58,689 bases of DNA, from the IMG/VR virus record IMGVR_UViG_3300010412_000016, positions 1 through 58,689 of that record; one strand, 5' to 3'. The stretch comes from a virus. Its lineage: Duplodnaviria; Caudoviricetes. Below are positions 26,398 to 35,640 of this stretch, piece after piece. The notes beneath the pieces were generated by a model. That model did no database searches. It was not told where the DNA came from and saw only the letters and a program-made list of their open reading frames with translations. The position numbers and the translations under genes are program-made. Every line of letters begins with the position of its first letter. Position 1 is the stretch's first letter.

Positions 26398-26512
26398 TTG
26401 TTAACAATTTGAATCAGGAGAAATACATGAGTATGTTACTCCTTCCCGAAAAAACAAACTGTAATCATTAAAAGGGGGTGATCTTTTAACGGTTACACTT
26501 GGGATTAACAAC
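26397..26512 (+). ncRNA. unassigned structured RNA between hsp20 and its terminator
   Basis: GTTGTTAA/TTAACAAC closing GGAG/CTCC, TCCCGA/TTGGGA, TGTAATC/GGTTACA and TTAAAAG/CTTTTAA. Confidence 0.55.
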
Positions 26513-26519
26513 AAACGAT

Positions 26520-26549
26520 GAGGGAGGCAAAACTGCCTCCCTCTTTTTT
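26520..26549 (+). terminator. intrinsic terminator
   Basis: GAGGGAGGCA-AAAC-TGCCTCCCTC-TTTTTT. Confidence 0.9.
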
Positions 26550-26558
26550 GAGAAATAT

Positions 26559-27662
26559 ATGAAATTGACATTTAAACATTTACTAACAGTTACAACAACT
26601 TTTATTGCCGGATGTGCGGCATTTTTCTCGGTGTGGGGAATTGGTAAGTTATTTGCCGGCGCCTCAGTTTCAACAATGATTATGGCAGCTTCGTTGGAAG
26701 CCGGAAAAATCGTTGCGGTAACTTTTTTATATCGTTATTGGGCAAAGATAAAATTGTTCTTTCGTTCGTATCTGTTGGTGGGCGCATTACTACTAATGGT
26801 TATCACTTCAATGGGAATTTACGGATACCTGTCGGCTGCGTATGCAAGTGCCGCATTGGGATTTCAATCGCAACGTGGCGAAATTTCACTATTGGAAACT
26901 CAGCAAAATTCGGTAACATCTACCTACACAAGTAATTTAGAACGAATCAAAAACAATGATGAACGAATACGTCAATTACAACAGTATAGATTACAACAAG
27001 AAACCCGATTGGATTCTTTAGTTGGACGAAATGGATTCGTAACACAGCAGAACATAGTTCGTCAAGCAGATGTTGACATTCGCAGACTACAGGCAGAAAG
27101 TCGTGATATTGAAAAAGAAAACGTGGGGTTACTTACTCGACGGGATTCGTTAGAATCGGTAAAATTGGTTAAAGAAACAGAGACTAATACAAATTCTAAG
27201 TTAGGTACGTTTTGGTATATTGCAGAAGCAATTGGCGTTCCATTAGACACTGTGGTAAAATGGTTTATATTGATGATTGTGTTGGTGTTCGATCCCCTTT
27301 CAATTGCGTTGGTAATCGCATACAACGTAATCAAACGAACCGACGAGGATGGAGGACAGGGTGATGGATTACATGTGATATCACATCCCGTTGCAACCGG
27401 ACCATTACCAGAAAGTGTTATCACGAGTACGAGTGTTCCCGATGATAAAACGCAGGTGTGGGTTGATATGAGTACACCTACCCCTCGTACTATCCAAACG
27501 GAGTTTATTGAACCGGAAATAAAACACAATTTAACTACCACTCCACCAGTAAATTATCTACCATATTATTTACAACCGGATTTTGATTGGAGCAACAAAG
27601 AGTTGTGGGAAAGTGACCCGGAAGCTCGCCAGTTTAATGAGCAACGTTTGAAATCACGATAG
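26559..27662 (+). CDS. multi-TM coiled-coil membrane protein
   Basis: Three N-terminal TMs (LEAGK, ITSMGIYGYLS), coiled coil, TM with VFDPL. Confidence 0.75.
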   Translation: MKLTFKHLLTVTTTFIAGCAAFFSVWGIGKLFAGASVSTMIMAASLEAGKIVAVTFLYRYWAKIKLFFRSYLLVGALLLMVITSMGIYGYLSAAYASAALGFQSQRGEISLLETQQNSVTSTYTSNLERIKNNDERIRQLQQYRLQQETRLDSLVGRNGFVTQQNIVRQADVDIRRLQAESRDIEKENVGLLTRRDSLESVKLVKETETNTNSKLGTFWYIAEAIGVPLDTVVKWFILMIVLVFDPLSIALVIAYNVIKRTDEDGGQGDGLHVISHPVATGPLPESVITSTSVPDDKTQVWVDMSTPTPRTIQTEFIEPEIKHNLTTTPPVNYLPYYLQPDFDWSNKELWESDPEARQFNEQRLKSR

Positions 27663-27671
27663 GAAATGGTA

Positions 27672-27700
27672 TTGACAAAGTTATAGTTGTATAGTATATT
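27672..27700 (+). promoter_or_regulatory. sigma70-type promoter
   Basis: TTGACA-N17-TATATT. Confidence 0.8.
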
Positions 27701-27729
27701 TACACTGTATCTATTACACAAAAGGTTAT

Positions 27730-28158
27730 ATGCAAACATTTCTACCATATCCCGATTTTGTTCAGACTGCCAAGATTCTTGATTATCGTCGCTTAGGAAA
27801 ACAGCGAGTAGAAGCTTGGCAGATTCTTAATACGCTTCGGGGAACGTCCAACGGCCGGGGGTGGGTTAATCATCCAGCAACTAAAATGTGGCGTGGATAT
27901 GAAATGGCATTGATTCATTATGGTATTGCCATGTGTGAAGAATGGATACGCCGGGGATATAAAGATACTCTGTTACCACGATTTAAAAGTTTAATTCCCA
28001 ACCCCAACATTATTTACAGCTTTGAATTACCATCGTGGATTGGTGATGAGAAATTTCATCGTTCTCATCGTAGTAATTTACTTCGTAAAAAGCCAGACTT
28101 CTATCGTCAATTTTGGCCGAAAGAAACTGACAACTTAGATTATGTGTGGCCTGTATGA
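27730..28158 (+). CDS. pyrimidine-dimer DNA glycosylase-like protein (DenV/MSMEG_6728 family)
   Basis: MQTFLPY...LD.RRLGKQRVEA, W.NHPA..MW.G, SHRSNLLRK, YVWP. Confidence 0.85.
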   Translation: MQTFLPYPDFVQTAKILDYRRLGKQRVEAWQILNTLRGTSNGRGWVNHPATKMWRGYEMALIHYGIAMCEEWIRRGYKDTLLPRFKSLIPNPNIIYSFELPSWIGDEKFHRSHRSNLLRKKPDFYRQFWPKETDNLDYVWPV

Positions 28159-28343
28159 CTAAGTGTTGGCAATGTTACTTCAATGGTCGGGGTGACGGTG
28201 TTATGATACTAGATGAGCATCCCCACAATCCGGCAGGTGACGAGCACTGGAAGTGCATAATATGTCAGACAGAATATAACGTATTTAATACGGAATTTAC
28301 GTTTTCATTTGAATACGATGATGATATAGAGGAACGTACATGA
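28155..28343 (+). CDS. small CxxC...CxxC protein
   Basis: ATGA overlap; CWQC and CIIC. Confidence 0.55.
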   Translation: MTKCWQCYFNGRGDGVMILDEHPHNPAGDEHWKCIICQTEYNVFNTEFTFSFEYDDDIEERT

Positions 28344-28416
28344 TAAAATTTTTATTGGTAATTGTTTGCCTATGGATGATAATGTTTACAGTAGTTACTT
28401 TACGGGATGAAGATAA

Positions 28417-29043
28417 ATGAAAATTTCATATTTGATTACCACACATAACGAAGGAAAATATATTTCAGATTTAATGACATCAATATTACTTTCATCACAA
28501 TTAGATGGTGATGAAATTGTTATTATCGATGATTATTCAAATGATAACGAAACAAAAAATATTATCAATGCTTATATAAATCAACCCAACGTTAAAGTTT
28601 ATGAGCATCATTTGAATCGTAATTTTGCAGAACATAAAAATTTTGGAAATTCTAAGTGTACAGGAGATTTTATTTTTCAATTGGACGCCGATGAAATTCC
28701 GCCAGCAGAATTAATTAAAAATATTCATAGTGTTATACAAAACACAAATGTTGATTTAATCGTTGTTCCTAGAATTAATATTGTAGATGGACTGACAGAC
28801 GACGATATTCGCATGTGGGGATGGAAAGTAAATGAGCAAGGTTGGGTAATGTTTCCTGATTATCAATCGCGTATATATAAAAATGATCCAAATATTAAAT
28901 GGTATGGTAATGTTCATGAAACCATCATAGGACATAAAACGGTGGCATATCTACCCGCAGAAGAAACGTGGAGCATAAAGCATTTTAAATCCATTGAACG
29001 CCAGCGAAGTCAAAACAGATTATATCAAGAAATGATGAGGTAA
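28417..29043 (+). CDS. glycosyltransferase family 2
   Basis: ISYLITTHNE, IDDYS, FQLDADE, FPDYQ.R, W...VHE. Confidence 0.9.
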   Translation: MKISYLITTHNEGKYISDLMTSILLSSQLDGDEIVIIDDYSNDNETKNIINAYINQPNVKVYEHHLNRNFAEHKNFGNSKCTGDFIFQLDADEIPPAELIKNIHSVIQNTNVDLIVVPRINIVDGLTDDDIRMWGWKVNEQGWVMFPDYQSRIYKNDPNIKWYGNVHETIIGHKTVAYLPAEETWSIKHFKSIERQRSQNRLYQEMMR

Positions 29044-29044
29044 T

Positions 29045-30160
29045 ATGAGTCGTATTATTAACGAAACTTTGACGTTTGATGACGTACAAATTTTACCGGA
29101 GTACAGTAGTATAAGAACACGAGACAGCGTATGCTTGAAAACTCGTTTTACTAAACAATATCAAATTGAAATTCCATATGTAGCATCGTGTATGCCAGAT
29201 GTATGTGAAGTTGACATGGCATGTGCTATGTGGCATGCCGGTGGAGTTGGTGTTATCCACCGATTCATGACCATTGACGATCAGTCAAGAATGGTTGAGA
29301 GCGTGTGGAAACATATTAAGGATGAACTGTCACGTTGGCCGAATAGAAAACAGGATAGACATTTTGATCCAATTAGTTTACGTAAAGACTATCCTGTTGT
29401 TGCCGCGGCAATTGGTGCTGTAGATGATTATTTTTCACGAGCAGTATCACTACTCATGTCGGGTGCAAATGTACTCATGTTGGATGTGGCACATGGGCAT
29501 CACGAAAATGTTAAAGTGGCAATGGGTGAATTAATCAAACTTAGAAATGAATATAGTTTTGATATCATTGCTGGTACAATTGCTACATCCCAAGCGGCGT
29601 TGGATTTGATTGATTGGGGTGCAGATGCATTGCGAGTTGGTGTCGGGGGCGGCTCTGCCTGCGAAACACGAATACGAACTGGTATTGGCGTTCCACAATT
29701 ACAATCTGTTATGGATGTGGCGGAAGCTGCCGATACATACGACATTCCAATAGTATCTGATGGTGGTATTCGTTATCCCGGTGATGTGGCGAAGGCAATT
29801 GTTGCTGGCGCAGAAACCGTTATGATGGGAAATTTATTTGCTGGATGTGACGAATCTCCGGGTATGGAATTAGTGACTGGAAAGTGGCCCGACATCAAAA
29901 AGCAACGTATTTATAAGGGTGCTGCTTCAGCCAGTCAAAAACTGGGATATAATGGAGCAGTTAGTTATGTAGAAGGTGCTACAAAGATTATTGACGCACG
30001 CGGTCCTGTTTCCGAAATGATCAAGAGCTTGGAAGAAGGACTTCGTTCGTCATTAAGTTATGTGGGTGCAGAAGATATAGAACAGTTTCAAAGTAAGGCG
30101 CGTTTTATTAGAATTACTAATGCAGGAATGATTGAAGCACACCCACATATGTTATATTAA
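29045..30160 (+). CDS. IMPDH/GMP reductase family enzyme (no CBS domains; GMPR-like flap)
   Basis: LTFDDV, DVAHGH, GVGGGSACETR, SDGGIR..GD, GLRSSLSYVG. Confidence 0.9.
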   Translation: MSRIINETLTFDDVQILPEYSSIRTRDSVCLKTRFTKQYQIEIPYVASCMPDVCEVDMACAMWHAGGVGVIHRFMTIDDQSRMVESVWKHIKDELSRWPNRKQDRHFDPISLRKDYPVVAAAIGAVDDYFSRAVSLLMSGANVLMLDVAHGHHENVKVAMGELIKLRNEYSFDIIAGTIATSQAALDLIDWGADALRVGVGGGSACETRIRTGIGVPQLQSVMDVAEAADTYDIPIVSDGGIRYPGDVAKAIVAGAETVMMGNLFAGCDESPGMELVTGKWPDIKKQRIYKGAASASQKLGYNGAVSYVEGATKIIDARGPVSEMIKSLEEGLRSSLSYVGAEDIEQFQSKARFIRITNAGMIEAHPHMLY

Positions 30161-30181
30161 CCATAACAAGGAGTAGTAGTT

Positions 30182-30721
30182 GTGAAATACTTGAAACTAA
30201 TAATGTTTTATACGCTGGTGATTTTTGTGATGCTAGCGACCAAAAACAAAACAGAAGTAGAGTCATATCAAGTTTTACAATCAAAATTAACACCACTAGA
30301 ATTATATATGAGGGATATTGGATACCGAGAGAGCGGTGGGAATCATACTGTTACAAATAGATTTGGAATGTTGGGGTTGTACCAGTTTAGTATGCCCACA
30401 CTTAAATCGCTTGGATATTCTAGAAGTGCCGCAGAGTTTTTACAAAACAAACATTTACAAGATACTATGATGGTTAAATATTTAAGTTCAAATTATAAAA
30501 CATTGAAACCGTATATTAAACGATATAATAATAAAACAATTAAAGGTGTTCGTGTCACTACCGCCGGCGTTCTAGCCGCCGCACATTTGGGTGGCCCCGG
30601 TAGTGTAATTAACTGGTTTACAAGTGACGATTATGAAGGGCGAACGGATGCCAACGGTACGTCTGTTCGTCAATACATGATTTTATTTGGTAAACACGGA
30701 GAGGTACTTGGTTCACTATGA
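30182..30721 (+). CDS. lysozyme/SLT-fold peptidoglycan hydrolase with N-terminal anchor
   Basis: RESGGN, LGLYQF, LAAAHLGG. Confidence 0.7.
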   Translation: MKYLKLIMFYTLVIFVMLATKNKTEVESYQVLQSKLTPLELYMRDIGYRESGGNHTVTNRFGMLGLYQFSMPTLKSLGYSRSAAEFLQNKHLQDTMMVKYLSSNYKTLKPYIKRYNNKTIKGVRVTTAGVLAAAHLGGPGSVINWFTSDDYEGRTDANGTSVRQYMILFGKHGEVLGSL

Positions 30722-31002
30722 TATATTTCATATTAGGTTTTGCTGTTATACTGATTGGAACACTAGGTTATGTAGTGTATAACTTAATGCGAAAAGTAGA
30801 AATGTACGAAACTGCATTAACAACATATTACATTAATACAACAAATATTTTACGAACTGCACGAGAATTAGATAGTATGGAAATGTTTGAAAAAGACGAC
30901 GAAGTTGGTTCGCTCTTTCATCAATTAATAAATACTATTGGAAATCTTCGTGAAGTGGTATATGAGGATTTTTATGGTAATGAAAAAGGGAAGACCCAGT
31001 AA
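30718..31002 (+). CDS. membrane-anchored hypothetical protein
   Basis: N-terminal TM; FEKDDEVG.LF motif. Confidence 0.65.
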   Translation: MIYFILGFAVILIGTLGYVVYNLMRKVEMYETALTTYYINTTNILRTARELDSMEMFEKDDEVGSLFHQLINTIGNLREVVYEDFYGNEKGKTQ

Positions 31003-31780
31003 GAAACGAAAAGCGGGTGATAGCTCTCCAACGAGAGCAGCACGTTCTTCAAATAAAGTGTATTTCACACAGGAAACAGAAAACGCTATTGTATTATATA
31101 ATACTCTCGAAGATGAAATGGAACGAGAGTTGTTGTATAAAAACGAAATTCATAAGCCACTTGATAAATTAGCAGAAAATGTCATCAATAGATTTAAATT
31201 TCCCTATATTCAGGGAACATTTGATGAGGTTAAAGCTCAAGTGGTTTCTTTTTTGGTAATTAACTTACACAAATACACAGCCAATAAAGGAAAGGCATTT
31301 TCATACTTCAGCGTTATTGCTAAAAATTATTTGATAGCTCATAACAATACGGCGTGGAAAGAAGAAAAGCGAATTGCTTATCTTGCTGACAAGCAGGATG
31401 AGCAATTTTCATTGGAGGAAGTGTTAACAGTTGATAATGAAGATAAAGAAATTCGTTCTGATTTTTCTGAATTTTTTAGATTGGCAATACAATATTGGGA
31501 TTTTAATTTGACTAGAATTTTTAAAAAACGTCGAGATATTGAAATTGCCAACGCCGTAATAGAATTGATGCGTCACGTTGATAGTTTGGATAACTTTAAT
31601 AAAAAGGCATTATATGTCATGATACGGGAAATGACAAATTATAAAACCTCTCATATTACAAAGGTAACTAATAAAATGAGGGGAATTATGATGCAGCAGC
31701 TTACCGAATTTAAACGTACCGGACATATAGCCGATCCGACAATGTATTTCGAATACCAGTCAAAGAAACGGGTTAAATGA
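30974..31780 (+). CDS. phage RNA polymerase sigma factor (gp55-like, probably late)
   Basis: Region-2-like LHKY...KGKAFSYFSVIAKNYLI; directly upstream of the structural operon. Confidence 0.7.
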   Translation: MVMKKGRPSKKRKAGDSSPTRAARSSNKVYFTQETENAIVLYNTLEDEMERELLYKNEIHKPLDKLAENVINRFKFPYIQGTFDEVKAQVVSFLVINLHKYTANKGKAFSYFSVIAKNYLIAHNNTAWKEEKRIAYLADKQDEQFSLEEVLTVDNEDKEIRSDFSEFFRLAIQYWDFNLTRIFKKRRDIEIANAVIELMRHVDSLDNFNKKALYVMIREMTNYKTSHITKVTNKMRGIMMQQLTEFKRTGHIADPTMYFEYQSKKRVK

Positions 31781-31788
31781 TATTTATA
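31781..31788 (+). promoter_or_regulatory. putative late-promoter motif TATTTATA
   Basis: Same motif at 14087, 18684, 25814, 46885, 49555 and 54517, each upstream of a gene start and with no -35. Confidence 0.6.
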
Positions 31789-31822
31789 AGTAATATATAA
31801 CCCAAAATGTATAGGAACTGGT

Positions 31823-32236
31823 ATGTCGGCCTTTGAAAATACAATATTTGATGATAAAACGTTGGCTGATATGTTTAGAGATGTGTATAATAATACTGAA
31901 TCTAAACGTAAACAAATCAACGAGTTTATTAAAAAAATGGCAATGATGATCAAGACCCCGGAGGATGCGGTGATCTTAGGTCCCGTCATTGCCGATTTTT
32001 TTGAAGTAAATGTTAAAAACGACGAACATTTGGTTCGTATGGCCCAGATAGCACAACGGGTGGTTTCAATAAGTACAAAATTAAGTAATTCCAACGAAAT
32101 CCTTACGGAGTTGGAAAAAGAGCAATTACTTAATGAACTTCATGTGGAAGTGGCCGAAGTTAAAAAGCAAGCACAGGCACTTGATGATGAATTTGACGAG
32201 TTAAGTATAAATTATGCCTCAAGATTGGTTAAGTAG
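31823..32236 (+). CDS. conserved hypothetical helical protein
   Basis: VKNDEHLV.MA.I.QR pattern; first gene of the structural operon. Confidence 0.65.
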   Translation: MSAFENTIFDDKTLADMFRDVYNNTESKRKQINEFIKKMAMMIKTPEDAVILGPVIADFFEVNVKNDEHLVRMAQIAQRVVSISTKLSNSNEILTELEKEQLLNELHVEVAEVKKQAQALDDEFDELSINYASRLVK

Positions 32237-33608
32237 AATGGGATTGGGAAGTAACAAGACTTCCCATCCCACAATTTCTAGTACTCACACGGGGGGTTCT
32301 GCTACAAAGTTTCCATTTGTTTATGAGGAAGCACTTGTACGGGATATAATTTTGAACGAGGAACATCCGTTGTATAGTACTTCTGGTCTGAACGTTGGAA
32401 TGGCACTGATTCGTTTTAAGAGTGACATTCAAAAAACAGATGCGCAACTTTCATGGGCAAACCCGATTGAAAGTAATATTCAAGAATATCCATTAAAAAA
32501 TGAAATGGTTTTGGTATATCAGATTCTTGGGCAGTGGTTTTATACTAGAAAAATAAATATAACCCGTAAAATTACACAGAATAGTTTTTGGGTGTTAAAT
32601 AAAGAGTTGAGTGTAGAAACGGATAAGATGCGGGCGGATAAATTTAGTTCGGTTCGCCGTGGAATGTTACCCGCCGATACAGTAGATGCTAGAGGAGAGG
32701 TAGTTGATTTAGGTAGAGATTTTGTTGAAAATCGTGACTTACTTCAGTTAAAACACTTCCCCGGTGATATTATATTACAGGGTAGATTTGGAAATTCTAT
32801 TCGTTTTGGAAGCAGTATGTTGGTAAATGATAGAATATTACAAAGTCCCAATTTAATTTTACGAGTTGGTCAAAGTAAAAAGGGAAAGTTGGTAACGTCT
32901 GCTGCATCAAAAAATGCTTTAATTGTGGAAGATATCAATGATGACGATACATCAATTTGGATGGTATCTGAACAGGCTGTTCCTATTAAATTGGCAACAC
33001 ATGGTTCGGCGGCATATTTAAGAAATTTTAAATCGTATTCAAATAATAAGCGAGTTGATAGATATGTAGGAAATCAAATTGCTGTTAATAGTGATCGAAT
33101 CATTATTAATTCAAAACGAAAAGATATTACGTTGACTTCGAATTACAACATTAATTTAAATACCATTCGTGATGTGGCCATTGATACGAATGGAGAATTT
33201 ATAAGTTATTCAAATAAAATGCGATTACATTGGACAGCAGACCACACAGAAGAATATTCTAAAAAAGATCACTGTATAGTTGCCAATCGTATTTTTATAG
33301 GAACATCCACTGCGAAGGATTCTGCCGAACCGTTAGTATTGGGATATCAATTGGCGCAATTTTTGTGGGAATTCATTCAAGCACATATAACGTACGCCCC
33401 GGCTCACGTATTAACATCTATGGGTCCGGGTGCCCTCAACCCAGCATTGGTTGCAAAGTTGATTGAATTGCAGAAAAACTATGTGGACATAATGAATCCT
33501 TTGAAGGATATTAAGGGGCAAAAGGCGCTGACTAAGATTTGTAGCAATAATAGTTTTGTTTCTCGTGGTGATTATGAAATTAAGATGGATGAAGCAAAGG
33601 AAACATAA
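32214..33608 (+). CDS. baseplate central spike protein (gp5/VgrG-like)
   Basis: YPLKNE.V OB-like region, GD..LQGRFGNSIRFGS, beta-repeat NSDRIIINSK, EPLVLG; lies upstream of gp25. Confidence 0.65.
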   Translation: MPQDWLSRMGLGSNKTSHPTISSTHTGGSATKFPFVYEEALVRDIILNEEHPLYSTSGLNVGMALIRFKSDIQKTDAQLSWANPIESNIQEYPLKNEMVLVYQILGQWFYTRKINITRKITQNSFWVLNKELSVETDKMRADKFSSVRRGMLPADTVDARGEVVDLGRDFVENRDLLQLKHFPGDIILQGRFGNSIRFGSSMLVNDRILQSPNLILRVGQSKKGKLVTSAASKNALIVEDINDDDTSIWMVSEQAVPIKLATHGSAAYLRNFKSYSNNKRVDRYVGNQIAVNSDRIIINSKRKDITLTSNYNINLNTIRDVAIDTNGEFISYSNKMRLHWTADHTEEYSKKDHCIVANRIFIGTSTAKDSAEPLVLGYQLAQFLWEFIQAHITYAPAHVLTSMGPGALNPALVAKLIELQKNYVDIMNPLKDIKGQKALTKICSNNSFVSRGDYEIKMDEAKET

Positions 33609-34102
33609 TGTCATTTATCACCAATCAACCCGGAATTGTTTCTGATTTGCCGGAAAATAAACTGGAGCGTATACATCCTAAAGTTCAGACGGCCATTTTG
33701 CAGTTGGCTGCATATTCCGTAGAGTTAGGATATACATTGAAAATTGTTTCTGGATTTAGAACTCTGGCAGAGCAGATGTTACGTTGGGAAAGTTATATAA
33801 ATGGTATTAGTCCATATCCAGCACGGCCTCCCAGATTTTCTGCTCACGAAGGTCCTACTTTGGATTTTATATATTCGTTGGCTGCAGACATGTTAATTTT
33901 AGATATTAATAACGAAGAAATTGATGTAAATAACCAAGTATACAAGCAATATGGGAGAGTGTGGAATAGATTAAATTCTATTGAAATTGATGGTGTAGAA
34001 TATTATCCTCGTTGGAATATGGGCTATAACCCGATTCATTTTGAGTATAACAAAGCAACTGTTAAAATACCACCTATACTTTATTTTGACGAGGAAGAGT
34101 AA
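33608..34102 (+). CDS. M15-family peptidoglycan peptidase
   Basis: SGFRT.AEQ, S.HE....AAD, PIHFE. Confidence 0.75.
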   Translation: MSFITNQPGIVSDLPENKLERIHPKVQTAILQLAAYSVELGYTLKIVSGFRTLAEQMLRWESYINGISPYPARPPRFSAHEGPTLDFIYSLAADMLILDINNEEIDVNNQVYKQYGRVWNRLNSIEIDGVEYYPRWNMGYNPIHFEYNKATVKIPPILYFDEEE

Positions 34103-34108
34103 TTTAAT

Positions 34109-34789
34109 ATGGCAATTTATTCAGTGTATTCTTGGGTTTCTGATCAAAAATATAGACGAGTACTTGACGTTATTCGTTTCAATGAAGGCGGTATACAAAG
34201 AGATCCGACTGATATTGGAAATTGGTATTGTTCACAAAATGTACTTAATCAACTGGGAATCCAACAGCAGGATTGTAATGGAAGAACCCCCGGAGCACAA
34301 TTGATAGGAACGTATCATGGCGTTGCCGCTAAATGGTGGCAAGATAAATTGGATGTTCGACAGGTAACAAAGAATGATGCCGCAGAAATATTTTATAATA
34401 ACTATTATAAAGCGGTTGGAGCCGACAGAGTACCGTGGCCGATGGATTTATTTTTGACCGATGCTGCTGTAAATCATGGTGTGGGTGGAGCAAATAAAAT
34501 ATTACAGGCTTCGGGTGGAAATCCTCGTAGATATTTAGATGAAAGACACAAATACATAGATACACTTACGAAGGTTACTCCAACTTGGAAACGGGCATTA
34601 CACAATCGTACTGATAGTCTGTACAAATATTTACAGGATTCTTCTCAGCCAAAAGTGGTGGTCGCTGAACAGCCACCCGGAACGGTGGAGGGTTCCCAAC
34701 CATCAACAAACGTATCATCTTCTGTTCCTCCGTCTGTTGTGGTGGCCCGGTCGGAAGTTAAACCAATAGAAGTTCCTTGTAATGCCTAA
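34109..34789 (+). CDS. GH108-like lysozyme
   Basis: NEGG...DP.D.G, GT.HG, A..IF...YY, D.AVNHG. Confidence 0.75.
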   Translation: MAIYSVYSWVSDQKYRRVLDVIRFNEGGIQRDPTDIGNWYCSQNVLNQLGIQQQDCNGRTPGAQLIGTYHGVAAKWWQDKLDVRQVTKNDAAEIFYNNYYKAVGADRVPWPMDLFLTDAAVNHGVGGANKILQASGGNPRRYLDERHKYIDTLTKVTPTWKRALHNRTDSLYKYLQDSSQPKVVVAEQPPGTVEGSQPSTNVSSSVPPSVVVARSEVKPIEVPCNA

Positions 34790-34845
34790 AAATCGCTTAA
34801 GTTATTGAAAGATATCTAATTATATTAGATAGAGGAGAGTTTACT

Positions 34846-35256
34846 ATGGATAAGTCGAAAATGGTTCAATTAAAGGGTATAATACGACAGGTTGTTAACG
34901 AAGAAATAGAAGCTATTATGCCTGATTTACTATCGGAAGTTAAGAAGGCGATTGATAATCGTGTTAAGGTGTTGTTGGCTGAAGCTAATAAATCTAAAGC
35001 TACTATAACCGATCCGCCTGCTTCTCCGTCCCGAGTTTCCAAGCAAATGATTGCTGAAATGTTGGGTGGAAATTTTGGTAAAGAAAAAGATACAGTGCGA
35101 GTTTCTACACAGAATCTAATAACTCCACAATCAGAAACTTCATCTGGAATCAAGCCAGCCGAAGAAGTTGTTCGTGCCATCACACGGGATTATAGTGATT
35201 TGATGACAAAGTTGAACCAAATACGACCGGATGTAAAGGGGGTATATAGAGTCTAA
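34846..35256 (+). CDS. hypothetical protein
   Basis: GAGGAG RBS; A.TRDYS.LM motif. Confidence 0.7.
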   Translation: MDKSKMVQLKGIIRQVVNEEIEAIMPDLLSEVKKAIDNRVKVLLAEANKSKATITDPPASPSRVSKQMIAEMLGGNFGKEKDTVRVSTQNLITPQSETSSGIKPAEEVVRAITRDYSDLMTKLNQIRPDVKGVYRV

Positions 35257-35633
35257 TGGCCGCACTGGGAATATTACTTCCAATTGAACGGGGATCTGTT
35301 GGATATTTTCAACAGGGTTATACTACTCTTGAACAGATTAAAAGCAATTTTATTAACCTAATTTTGACTAGAATAGGTGAACGGGTGCATCAGCCAGAGT
35401 TTGGGTGTAAAATACACAACTTTTTGTTTGAACAAAAAACAGCAGAAACGCTTGAATTAGCAAGACTGTCGGTTATTGATGCGGTGTCTAAGTGGATGCC
35501 TTTTTTGGAAATGGTGGAAGTGTCAATTGATGAAGTAGTATCAAACATAAACACAAACAACATCCAACTATATGCCAAATATCGTCTGCGAAACGCCCCA
35601 AATATGATGGATGAGATAGTCTTAACTTTCTGA
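35256..35633 (+). CDS. baseplate wedge protein gp25/GPW family
   Basis: NLILT..GERV.QPEFG..I...LFE; WMPF. Confidence 0.9.
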   Translation: MAALGILLPIERGSVGYFQQGYTTLEQIKSNFINLILTRIGERVHQPEFGCKIHNFLFEQKTAETLELARLSVIDAVSKWMPFLEMVEVSIDEVVSNINTNNIQLYAKYRLRNAPNMMDEIVLTF

Positions 35634-35640
35634 GAACTAT

